Of a stretch of DNA of 64,000 nt, positions 24,285 to 34,529 are shown piece after piece. The stretch is from Mustelus asterias (lineage: Eukaryota), in the NCBI RefSeq assembly GCF_964213995.1, contig NW_027591652.1:1-64000 (forward strand), written 5' to 3'. Numbering within the stretch: the first letter of the stretch is position 1; the number at the start of each line of letters is the position of its first letter. The notes under the pieces are model-generated. The model had not been told where the DNA came from. It saw only the letters and a program-made list of their open reading frames with translations, and made no database searches. The position numbers were made by a program, and so were the translations under genes.

Positions 24285-24577
24285 GCGGACTGTGCGCAGA
24301 TCCAGTAACTCAGTCACCGGTGACAATAACCGCATCAGAAGGGGGTTCGGTGCAGTTGGATTGTAACTATACAGACAGGAATATGGTCTCCATGCAATGG
24401 TATCAGCAGAAACCAGCACAGCCACCGACATGGATTATTTCCAAAATATTAACAACGAAGGAAGATGAAGTTTCTGGACGATATCTGGCGGCTGCTGACA
24501 AGTCTAAGCAGAATGGTTACCTCAATATCAGCGCCCTCAATGTGGAGGACAGGGCGGTCTATTACTGTGCAGTGAGG
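24285..24577 (+). CDS. TRAV: TCR alpha/delta-type V exon V2; open V exon but defective leader (ORF/pseudogene)
   Basis: Acceptor ttcgcag at 24284. DPVTQSP...VQLDC...WYQQKP...EDRAVYYCAVR. The upstream leader-like exon ending at donor 24121 has no ATG and a stop in the required phase. Confidence 0.85.
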
Positions 24578-24616
24578 CACAACGTTAGATTGCAGTTAAA
24601 ACGCCTTACAAAAACC
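24578..24616 (+). other. RSS of V2 (CACAACG-23 bp-ACAAAAACC)
   Basis: CAC-starting non-canonical heptamer, 23-bp spacer, perfect nonamer. Confidence 0.85.
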
Positions 24617-24702
24617 TCAGCGAGTATTTGCAGCTCCACTGGGTTTGCTTCTGCGCGAATGGTTTGTTCCCGGGTTCACGAAGGCAGTCGGGTTTAGTTA
24701 CC

Positions 24703-25075
24703 GGGTATTTTGTCCTGATTGAGATCGGCAGAGAAGCGGTTTGGGAAATCGAGACGTTAATCCCCATGCCGCAATTTATGTAGTAAACAAAAAACGTCAG
24801 CTGAGGATGGACGCAGAAGTGGAGTTAGTTTGGCAGAAAATTACAGGCTGTTCTTTCAGCATCGTTAACTCTAATGAGCCCACGGACACCGACTCCTCGG
24901 CACTCGCTCCTGTAACGAAATGCAAAGCGGATCAAAATCTGTTGTCGTATTTAACAAATGAGATGTAGAATAACTGCCACAGAGACTTACCCAGCAACAG
25001 GACTATTGTAAATCCGGGACACAGAGACTTACCCAGCAACAGGACTGTTATTGTAAATCCGGGACACAGGCTCAT
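24703..25075 (-). pseudogene. TCR V pseudogene of the V1/V4 family
   Basis: Leader 25075-25033 MSLCPGFTITVLLL|G with GTAAGT donor. Acceptor gttacag at 24910. GASAEESVSVGSLELTMLKEQPVIFC, then stops and frameshifts, later LDFPNRFSADLKSGQNT (cf. V4 PDFPDRFSAELDKDKRT). Truncated before the second Cys. Confidence 0.8.
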
Positions 25076-25129
25076 CCAGCAACACGAAGATATCGAAACT
25101 CACAGCTGACACTGGTGTATTGTGTGGCA

Positions 25130-25870
25130 GTGAGCTGCCTTCTTGAAGCGTTGCGGTCCCGAGATGCAGGTACACCGATGGTGCTGTTAGTGTGGGAGTC
25201 TGGGGTGTTGACCCATTGACCGTGAAGGAACAGCGGTATATTGCAAAGTAAGGATATGGAATAAATTGGAAGGGAACCTCTCGGTTGTGGTGTTCCCATG
25301 TGAATGCTGCCCTTGTCCTCCTACATGGCAGTGGCCGTGTGTTCGGATTGTGCTGCCTAAAAATCCTTGTTGAGTTGCTGCTGTATATCCGGAGGTGTTG
25401 CACTCAGCTGCCACTGTTCGTCGGTGGTGACAGGAATGGGTGTTTATTGAATGGGTCGCAATCACGCGGACTGCCCTGTCCTGTATCTTGTCGAGCTTAA
25501 TGAGTGTTGTTGGAGCGACACTGATCCAGCAAGTAGGGAGCATTCCATTTACACCCCTGACTTGTATCTTGTAGATGGTGGACAGGCTTTGGGGAGTCAC
25601 GAGGCGAGTTACTCGCCACAGGATTCCTAACCTTTGATCTGCTCCGGTAGCCACGGTATTCATATTCCTCGGTCCAGTTCAGCTTTCGGTCAACTCCCAG
25701 GATGTTGTTGGGGGTGGGGGAGAGGAAGGGGGGGAGCAGGGGGGAGGATTCAGCGATGGTAATGCCTTTGAATATCAAGGAAAGTTCGACAGATCCTCTT
25801 CTTTTGGAGACGGTCATTGCCTGGAACCTGTGTGACCTGAACGTTGCTTCCACTTATCAGTCCAAACCTG
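25130..25870 (-). mobile_element. Decayed non-LTR retrotransposon (CR1-like) RT 3' fragment
   Basis: LSTIYKIQVR...APTTLIKLDKIQDRAVRVI. Confidence 0.7.
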
Positions 25871-26183
25871 AATATTGTCCAGGTCTTTCTGTATTTGTGC
25901 AGAGACCAAATGTCTGATTCGAGACAGTGGACTATCATGCTTAAATTAAAGAATGCGGGTGATTTCCTCACCATAAAGCCCACACTCACTGAGCGACTGT
26001 TCCTTCAATCGGATTAGTTACATCCTGACTCTCAATATGTCTGAGCAAAGCGAAGTCGCTGTCAGGAATTGCAAAGCCCCGGGCAACCCCGCTCACCTGC
26101 TCCATTTCCTGCTCTAGTTCTGGCAGCTATTGCCTGCAGTCTGCTATTTGTAGGATTGCTGCAGCAACTGAAAACAGGCGTGA

Positions 26184-26222
26184 GGTTTTTGTACAGTGAC
26201 GAGCGTCTTTCCTCTCAGTGTG
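26184..26222 (-). other. RSS of V3 (CACACTG-23 bp-ACAAAAACC)
   Basis: Heptamer 26222-26216, 23-bp spacer, nonamer 26192-26184. Confidence 0.93.
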
Positions 26223-26632
26223 GGCTCTATCGCACAGTAATACAGAGCGGCATCCGCGCTCTCCGTGTTTTCAATAACCAACTGGCCCCGTTTGCCCGCA
26301 GTGGAAAGTTCCAATTCGAACCGGTCTTTTCTCTCTTTGCCATTCGATAATCTGCTTATTATCCACTCGAGTCTCTGACCGGGTTTTTGTCTGTACCAAT
26401 ACATTCCATAAATGCTGGACATCTCATAACTGCAGTTTATTTGCACTGAATCCCCGCTCTGGACTGTTCTCGCTGTGGGAGTTTGTGAAACTTGGTCCGA
26501 GCGACACCGATCTATAAAAAAACATTCATACAGTGAGACACTGGAGCAAAATTATTATAAACAAATAGCTCCACAAATAAATATCCTGCGCTTACAAGTT
26601 AGCACCACCAGAATGATAAGGAACAGTTTCAT
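26223..26632 (-). CDS. TRAV: TCR alpha/delta-type V gene segment V3 (leader 26632-26596, V exon 26511-26223), apparently functional
   Basis: Leader MKLFLIILVVLT|Y with GT/AG intron. DQVSQTP...VQINC...WYRQKPG...DAALYYCAIEP, followed by an RSS. Confidence 0.93.
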
Positions 26633-26759
26633 TTGCACCGTGTGATATAATAACAATGTCAGTAAGAATACGGAGCACAGCTCACAGCAGAAGAGCATGG
26701 ATTGAATCAACGTCTTCAAGATATGCACCAGATAAAGTTTCAGACACTTGGGTTTTCTG

Positions 26760-26860
26760 CAATCTGATTGGCTGGAATCAGACTCCGTGCTTCCGGTATC
26801 AGGATGTGGGTTGTTGATCCGAAGCTGCTTCTCTTCCGGGTCACGTGTGAACAAATCAAT
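26760..26860 (-). promoter_or_regulatory. Putative V3 promoter
   Basis: CCAAT box (ctgattgg), two ETS-like CCGGAAG sites and a GTCACGTG E-box 130-220 bp upstream of the V3 ATG. Confidence 0.5.
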
Positions 26861-27121
26861 TGTCCAAAAAACAGGACACTGCTTTACTGCAGTAACTGTC
26901 ATTTATAAAAGTGGTTAAAGTTTAACTTCACCAATAAAGGCATTATTTTAAAATCAGGTTTGCCCTCATTTTAAAGTTATGTATGATAAATGCGTGATCA
27001 ATAATATGTTGGAAATATTTTTTCTCGATTTACTTTTGCAAATATAATTGATTCCCCTTGTGTTTCAAACAGTCACATTTTCGCCACCTCTGAGGCACTC
27101 CACATGTCATTTCTATTTGTC

Positions 27122-27670
27122 ATGTGGAGTTCTGGCGTTGGACTGAGGTAGGAACAGTAAGTTGTCTCACAACACCAGGTTATAGTCCAACAGGTTTATT
27201 TGGTAGCACGAGCTTTCGGAGCGTTGCCCCTTCATCAGGTGAGTGAAGAGTTCGGTTCACAAACAGGGCATATATAGCCACAAACTAAATTACAAGATAA
27301 TGGTTGGAATGCGAGTTTTAACAGGTAATCAAGTCTTTACAGGTGCAGACAATGTGAGTGGAGAGAGGGTTAAGCACAGGTTAAAGAGGTGTGAATTGTC
27401 TCCAGCCGGGACAGTTACTGAGATTTTGCAAGCCCCGGGGTTACAGACAGTGTGACATGAACCCAAGATCCCGGTTGAGGCCGTCCCCATGTGTGCGGAA
27501 CTTGGCTCTCAGTTTCTGCTCAGCGATTCTGCGTTGTCATGTGTGGTGAAGGCCACCTTGGAGAACGCTTACCCGAAGATCAGAGGCTGAATGCCCTGTT
27601 CCCCGACAGGTAGGGAACACTCCTGCCTGGTGATTGTCGAGCGGTGTCCATTCACCCATTGTCGTAGCAT
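27122..27670 (-). mobile_element. Penelope-like element 3' fragment
   Basis: Minus strand encodes AKFRTHGDGLNRDLGFMSH (GIY-YIG endonuclease end) followed by a CCTGATGAAGG...CCGAAAGC terminal motif. Confidence 0.75.
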
Positions 27671-28560
27671 TTTGTTCTCATTTTATTACAACCAAGATTA
27701 TCAAATTAACACAATATATTGTAGATGCAGGAAGCACACAGTTAAAAGTAAAAATACTCTGTGAGTAACATTAACAACTGATAATTGTGTAACTTGGGAG
27801 TTACCAGTTAGGAGACCAGTAGCTGTGAAGAATGAGTAAAAGGTGCCAACATGTTCACAGAGCTGATGCTGGATCTGAACTCAGTGAGTTAAAGCTCAAT
27901 AGTTTTAGGTCAGAGGTCAGAAGATGTGGAGTGTCATCCGGTCCGGCAACCTGATTGGTCTATTCCTGACAGAGCGACAGGTGACAACCAATCGGTTCAT
28001 TGCTCCTTTGTCCCACATTTCATCCAATCAACTCGCAGTTTGTGACGTCAGTGAGCTGGGCAGATGAAAGACCAGCAGTGGCCACTTTGCCTTTGGAACA
28101 TGTCCCTTCTGTCTACCTGCCTGTCTATTTCTCACCACCTTCCTGCACTACCCGAAGTCCCATTTTACTCTTAATATCCACAAATCTATTAACATCTGTT
28201 TTAAATAAACCCAGCGATTGCACAGCCACTGCTCTGTGGGGTAGAGAATAATTAGCGTTGTATTAAACTCAATATGGCTTCATTAACAGGGCCAATCTTT
28301 AAATTGGACGTGTATGTAATGGGTAATAATTTAAATAGTTGTGTTATCATGGTTGGAGTTTTCAATTAAGAGCTGCTCGCTGAAAATGAAAAGTTCCTCG
28401 CCGCCGATATAAAGAGAGCTTTGATGTATAATGCCACATTATGTAGGACAGAAAGGAAGAATTCTGCCAAGCTGGTCTTTATATGATTTGGGTTATATTA
28501 CAAATCCACATTGCAGCTCACAGATCTGATTCAGTGAGAGGAGGTGAGAGTGCCTTTGCA

Positions 28561-28599
28561 GGTTTTTGTACGGGTTGACTGTGCCTCTGTAACAGTGTG
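28561..28599 (-). other. RSS of V4 (CACACTG-23 bp-ACAAAAACC)
   Basis: Heptamer 28599-28593, 23-bp spacer, nonamer 28569-28561. Confidence 0.93.
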
Positions 28600-29035
28600 G
28601 GGCTCAGCGCACAGTGATACACGGCAGAGTCAGAGACATGGACCCCGGTGATTGTTAAAGGAACTGTTCTCTTGTCTTTGTCCAATTCAGCCGAAAACCG
28701 GTCAGGAAAATCTGGAGACTTATCCCCCTGTCCCTTGCCGTATTTCTTCAATAAATATCTCGGAGCTTCCCCGGGATGTTGAATGCACCAGAAGAGAATC
28801 TCGCCAGTGTATTCTGTTGTGTAGTTGCAGTTCAATATTACCGTCTGTCCTTCCTGGACCGTGAATTCGGGCCGGTCCTGGAAAACTGAATCTTGGCCAC
28901 TGGTTCCTGTAACAACATATAGAATGTGTGAGAAATCTGAGTGAATATAACCCATGAAACACACACTGAGGATTTGAGCTCAGACTCACCGGGCAGCGTG
29001 ACCATTATTATCAGTAAAGCACACAGGGAACACAT
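28600..29035 (-). CDS. TRAV: TCR alpha/delta-type V gene segment V4 (leader 29035-28990, V exon 28906-28600), open
   Basis: Leader MCSLCALLIIMVTLP|G. QDSVFQ...VILNC...WCIQHPG...DSAVYHCALSP, followed by an RSS. Same family as V1/V5. Confidence 0.92.
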
Positions 29036-29466
29036 GGTTCCTGATTGGACAGTAAACAGCCACACTGTTTAAACGATGTTGCTGCTTCTAGTTTATATCA
29101 CAGAGTCAACTCAGATCAGAGGCAACTGCAATTATTGGGAAACTGGGGGGCGTTTCTCAGTGCTGCGATTGGTTAGTCTGCCTGAGATGATGTTAGCTTT
29201 GGACCAATCACTGTTAGTTGACGACGAAGTGCGGCTGGCTTTCTCCAATCAAATTGTAGCCCAGGCTGAGTGCGTCTTTCTCACCCTCTTGCTCTCTGTC
29301 ACATTCTCAGTCATTCTGTCTCTTTCTCGGTTTAACTCTCTTTCCTTCCAACTCAATGTCAGTATATTTCTTTCGGTAGATCTTTCCCCCGAATTAAGGT
29401 GAAAAATGAAGCAGATAATTTGACATCTGTCTAATGCACAGGTACTGAGTGCCCAGTGCAAGAGGA

Positions 29467-30630
29467 TAAGACCATAAGACCATAAGACATAGGAGCGGAA
29501 GTAAGGCCATTCGGCCCATCGAGTCCACTCCACCATTCAATCATGGTTGATTTCAACTCCATTTACCCGCTCTCTCCCCATAGCCCTTAATTCCTCGAGA
29601 AATCAAGAATTTATCAATTTCTGTCTTGAAGACGCTCAACGTCTCGGCCTCCACAGCCCTCTGTGGCAATGAATTCCACAGACCCACCACTCTCTGGCTG
29701 AAGAAATTTCTCCTCATCTCTGTTCTAAAGTGACTCCCTTTTATTCTAAGGCTGTGCCCCCGCGTCCTAGTCTCCCCTGTTAATGGAAACAACTTCCCTA
29801 CGTCCATCCTATCTAAGCCGTTCATTATCTTGTAAGTTTCTATCAGATCTCCCCTCAACCTCCTAAACTCCAATGAATATAATCCCACGATCCTCAGACG
29901 TTCATCGTATGTCAGGCCTACCATTCCTGGGATCATCCGTGTGAATCTCCGCTGGACCCGCTCCAGTGCCAGTATGTCCTTCCTGAGGTGTGGGGCCCAA
30001 AATTGCTCACAGTACTCCAAATGGGGCCTAACCAGTGCTTTATAAAGCCTCAGAAGTACATCCCTGCTTTTGTATTCCAAGCCTCTTGAGATAAATGACA
30101 ACATTACATTTGCTTTCCTAATTACGGACTCAACGTGCAAGTTTACCTTTAGAGAATCCTGGACTAGGACTCCCAAGTCCCTTTGCACTTTAGCATTATG
30201 AATTTTGTCACCGTTTAGAAAATAGTCCATGCCTCTATTCTTTTTTCCAAAGTGTACGACCTCGCACTTGCCCACGTTGAATTTCATCAGCCACTTCTTG
30301 GACCACTCTCCTAAACTGTCTAAATCTTTCTGCAGCCTCCCCACCTCCTCAATACTACCTGCCCCTCCACCTATCTTTGTATCATCGGCAAACTTGGCCA
30401 GAATGCTCCCAGTCCCGTCATCTAGATCGTTAATATATAAAGAGAACAGCTGTGGCCCCAACACTGAACCCTGCGGGACACCACTTGTCACCGGTTGCCA
30501 TTCTGAGAAAGAACCTTTTATCCCAACTCTCTGCCTTCTGTCTGACAGCCAATCGTCAATCCATGTTAGTACCTTGCCTCGAATACCATGGGCCCTTATT
30601 TTACTCAGCAGTCTCCCGTGAGGCACCTTG
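29467..30630 (-). mobile_element. 5'-truncated CR1-clade LINE with uninterrupted RT C-terminal ORF (29553-30626)
   Basis: VTSGVPQGSVLGP, FADDTK, RPHLEYC motifs; 3' tail of ATAAGACC repeats at 29467-29490. Confidence 0.93.
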
Positions 30631-30874
30631 TCAAATTAATAGATACCGTTTTAAGTACACAGGGAAAAAGTAATCGTTAGGGACAGGGGTGAGATTAAAA
30701 TCACTGGTCCGGTTATTGTAAAGTTGCGAAATATGTCAGAAAACATTTGAGAGGCATTCAAAATAAGGATAAACATTGATGGTACCTTGTTCTCAGGGAT
30801 TGTTTTAAATGGTTATATTCAACCTTGTGAAATGTATATGTTATATAGCTGGTCACTTAGCTCGCAAAACACTC

Positions 30875-30963
30875 TGGGAAGTAGCGTGGAGAATGGAGAC
30901 TTCCCTTACTACGCAGTGCGACGGCACAGAGTCACAAAATGGCCAATGTTCAGTCCAGAAACC
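30875..30963 (+). pseudogene. 3' relic of a V segment with orphan 23-RSS
   Basis: SVENGDFPYYAVRR (degenerate VEDxAxYYCAVR), followed by CACAGAG (30925-30931), an exact 23-bp spacer and CCAGAAACC (30955-30963). Confidence 0.65.
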
Positions 30964-31146
30964 TATTGTGTTCTGTGCTGAATCGTGGATATAAACACGA
31001 TTTGTCAACCCTCGATTTTCCAGCGTTTTCTCTTTTGGTTTCAGATTCCAGCATCCGCAGTAATTTGCTTTTATTAAATATCTGAGAGTGGAGTCAGTGA
31101 CTGAGTGAGTACAGAGTGGAGTGTGAGGGAAGCATCGGCATTGCTG

Positions 31147-31572
31147 ATAGAACCATCAGATATAGAAGCAGAATTAGGCCATTCGGCCCCTCGTTTCTGC
31201 TCCGCCATTCAATCATGCTGATAGGTTTCTCATCCCAATTCTCCCCCTTTCCCCCGGAACCCTTGATTTCTCGACCAATCAAGACCCTATCTATCTCTGT
31301 CTTAAAGACATTCAATGAGCTGGCCTCCACATCCTTCTGTGGCAATGAATTCCACAGATTCGCCACTCTCTGGCTGAAGAAAGTTCTCCTCATCTCGGTT
31401 CTAAAGGGTCGTCTCTTTATTCTGGGGTTGTGCGCCGGATCCTAGACTCTCCTACTAATGGAAACATCTTCTCCACGTCCACTCTATCCAGGCCTTTGAG
31501 TATGCTGTAAGTTTCAATGAGATTCACCCCTCATCCCTCTAAACTCCACAGAATACCGATCCAAAGTCCTCA
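31147..31572 (-). mobile_element. CR1 LINE 3' fragment
   Basis: FFSQRVANLWNSLP. Confidence 0.85.
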
Positions 31573-31654
31573 GATGTCTGTGGTTTTATTTGATCGGTCT
31601 AACACGCTCATACTGAATGTTATTTTTTGTGACGGCTCCTCAAGAACATTAATC

Positions 31655-31742
31655 TCGTTGTCATGGCGTGACCTGGTGACGCTGAACTCTTCGCCTTCAA
31701 CGGTAGATTTCAGAGCGTTGCGATTGTAAATAAAACAATACA
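31655..31742 (+). pseudogene. Possible degenerate V relic (FR1-CDR1-FR2 start), V6-like
   Basis: gacctggtgacgctgaactcttc...acaatac aligns with V6 gacctggcatcgttgaactgttc...acaatac; translates RDLVTLNSSPSTVDFRALRL*IKQY. Confidence 0.4.
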
Positions 31743-32442
31743 CGATTTGTACAACAGTGAATTTAGATGTTGATCCCGTGAGGGAAACAAATGCTGCAAC
31801 ACAGAAATCTTCAAGCTAAGGAATGAAGATGAACGAATGGAAAGACAGTGGGTGAACTCGAGCCCGAGACCGTGATAGAAGTCAAGGCACAGATTAGGAG
31901 GAACAGATGGAGAAATCAGAGAAACCCTACAGTGCAGAGGTTAATGTGGTTTCCTCCGGGTGTGTTGGAGCGGCACAGATTAGGAGGAACAGATGGAGTT
32001 ACAGGGATATAAACACGAGGAAAGGGAATGAGAGAAATGTGCGAGAGGCAAGGAGATAAATAGTGGGACAGACAGTAAGATAAATGAGGGAGAGACTGAT
32101 ACAGGAAGGGAAATAGATGAAGGTTCGGTGAAGGAACTGTGAAGGGAGCAGTTGCAGATTTATGGAGACAGTACAGACGAAAACATAAAGAGAGACAGGC
32201 GAACAGACAACAAGAGAAACAGAGAGATAGTCAGTGAGAGAAGCAAAAGGGTACAATGAGAAATTCAATGGCCTAAACACACTCAGGAATTTCAGAAAGG
32301 GAAATACAATTAACGTAGTACGTGATAGCCACAGGGTTATTTCCGAGAGCCTCTGGACGCCTTGGGAAACCAGACCAGCAGCAATACCGCCGAGTTATGC
32401 TTCCCGTACCCGCTGCAGTAAACACACAAACATGGTGAGGCA

Positions 32443-32456
32443 CCGCCATCTGGCGG
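32443..32456 (-). promoter_or_regulatory. CTCF-like motif
   Basis: CCGCCAGATGGCGG; flanks are paralogous to the 38323 site. Confidence 0.6.
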
Positions 32457-33164
32457 CAATCTGAGGTAACTGGTCATTTCCTGGAAAATCATCGAATTCT
32501 CAAAGAACAAAAGGGCGTTGCTGCATGATTATGTTGCATTATTCTTGTTCATCCTTTTACTACTCCAATGCAATTGAACTCAGTTGAGCGTACACATGAG
32601 GGATAATCCCACCGTTACTTTAATTGCTGGCGATTCGCTTTATTCAATTAATAGTGGTTATAAAAGCTCATTCTAAACAATATGAAGCCATCAAGATTCC
32701 GATAACATGCCTTCTCTAAAATAATAACACAAGATGTAAATATGACCCTGGATTCACATTCACTCTCTATATTCTTTAGTATTTACATTTAAATCTTTCC
32801 ATCATGATGTTACCCCTTAAGTGCTGGTTATTAACTTTATCTACATTTGGTGCTCGAATAGAATGAGTAATTTAGTGGGCTCATTGAAATGGGACAGTGG
32901 TAGAAATCGGATTGTCTGAACTCTGAACTCTAGGGAGAAGGGGAGAAAGATAAGAGCGTAGAGCCAGTGCGAAGACAGAGACGGTCAGAAGCAGAGCAAT
33001 GGGGGTTAGACAAACAGAGGCGGAATAACAGAGCGAGATAGACAGGCTCCAAACGAAGAGAGAGCCGGAGAACCCTAGAAAGACAGGGAGAAAGAGAAAC
33101 CCAGAGCTTATTAGTCGAGCGAACGCTGATTGATGCCCGACGACCATCAATCCTGAGAAAGCGG

Positions 33165-33190
33165 CCAATCCTGTCGCTGGGAAACGCCCC
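33165..33190 (+). promoter_or_regulatory. Conserved V-family promoter element (CCAAT box plus adjacent GGAAACGCCCC); paralogous copies at 21450-21475, 29147-29172 and 39037-39062
   Basis: Same motif 112-119 bp upstream of each family ATG. Confidence 0.6.
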
Positions 33191-33307
33191 ATAATTTCTG
33201 AGTAAATTACGTTTCCGCTGATATGAATTTCCGCTTGAATATTAGAACAGAAATGTCAACACATTTCAAATACTGCTTCATTTCTGCCGAACCCGAAACC
33301 AGACACC

Positions 33308-33849
33308 ATGTGCTCCTTACTTTGTTTGCTGATAATAATGGTCTTGCTGCCCGGTGAGTCAATAAACTCTGACAAAGTGTCATCCTGACTTGAAACATTA
33401 TCTCTGTTCGCCTCTCACAGATGTTGTCAGATCTACTGAAAATTTCGAGCATTTTCTTTTTCTAGCCAATGTTTAAATGATCAGTGTCTGTCCCATGGGC
33501 TCTCTTCCCTCCCAGATATTGAGTGTGTTCTGTGTTTTGTTACAGGGGGAAATGCTGAAGATTCAGTGTTTCAAGATCGATCTGAATTATCGGTTCTGGA
33601 AGGACAGAACGTAACACTGGACTGTAAAAGCTCGACAGCTGCTTTTCAAGCTGTGTTCTGGTACATCCAGTATCCCGGGCAAGCTCTGAGATATTTGATG
33701 ATGATATATGGCTCGGGCAATACTGATAAGTCTCCGGATTTCTCAGATAGATTCTCGGCTGCTTTACACAAAGGAAACAATACTGTTCCTTTAAATATCG
33801 CCAGAGCTGTTCTGTCCGACAGCGCCGTGTATTTCTGTGCCATGGAGCC
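33308..33849 (+). CDS. TRAV: TCR alpha/delta-type V gene segment V5 (leader 33308-33353, V exon 33546-33849), inverted duplicate of V1
   Basis: Same leader as V1. Open V exon with 4 aa differences from V1 in the mature domain; RSS follows. Confidence 0.93.
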
Positions 33850-33887
33850 CACACTGGTACAGATGGAGCGAACCCCGCACAAAAACC
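33850..33887 (+). other. RSS of V5 (CACACTG-22 bp-ACAAAAACC)
   Basis: Heptamer 33850-33856, 22-bp spacer, nonamer 33879-33887. Confidence 0.93.
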
Positions 33888-33912
33888 CCAGACTGGGAGT
33901 TCCGGTTAGTGA

Positions 33913-33926
33913 TCAGCAGAGGGCGC
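33913..33926 (+). promoter_or_regulatory. CTCF-like motif 25 bp 3' of the V5 RSS (mirror copy 20713-20726 next to the V1 RSS)
   Basis: TCAGCAGAGGGCGC versus CTCF core CCASYAGRKGGCRS. Confidence 0.6.
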
Positions 33927-34529
33927 TCCCACACTGATAAACAGAAATAATTATTTTGTCTCGACAGTGATAGTCACAGGGTCATAAACAAAATATCAAA
34001 ACTAAACACAACACTCAACACGAACGGCTGAGCCACAGTTGAATTTTTAACTTGCAACTATCCTAAAAATACATTTACAGTTCCTTAACTCACGCTTCAA
34101 CCTTTGATGACATTTTCTTGCCTGTGTGAATTATTGTGCAGCACTTTCCCCATCTTCACTCTCCTTTTCACGATCTCTTTGATCAAAGGGTCTGTTTGAT
34201 TAGAGTATTTTGCTGCCTAAGGGACAGCTTATATTGACATATACATTTCGCAAGGTTGTCATTGTGCTATTTAAAACAATCCCTGAGAACAGGTTGCCAT
34301 CAATGTTCATTCTCATTTTGAATGTCTGTCAAATGTTTTCTGACACAATTCACAACCCAGTGTTTCTCTGTTTCAATAATCAGACCAGCGACTTCATTCC
34401 CACCCCTGGCCCCCAACAATGTAGCGATTTTCCTCACAAGCACACTGATTATATCTCAGCTTGGGATATTTCTGCTCACTGAAATCCAGGTCTCCTGCAA
34501 CAGGACTAAAAACACCACTGCGACACATG

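Noticed and set aside
33930-33936. Second CACACTG downstream of V5 (mirror 20703-20709) as a D-segment RSS
   Set aside because: No nonamer at 12 or 23 bp
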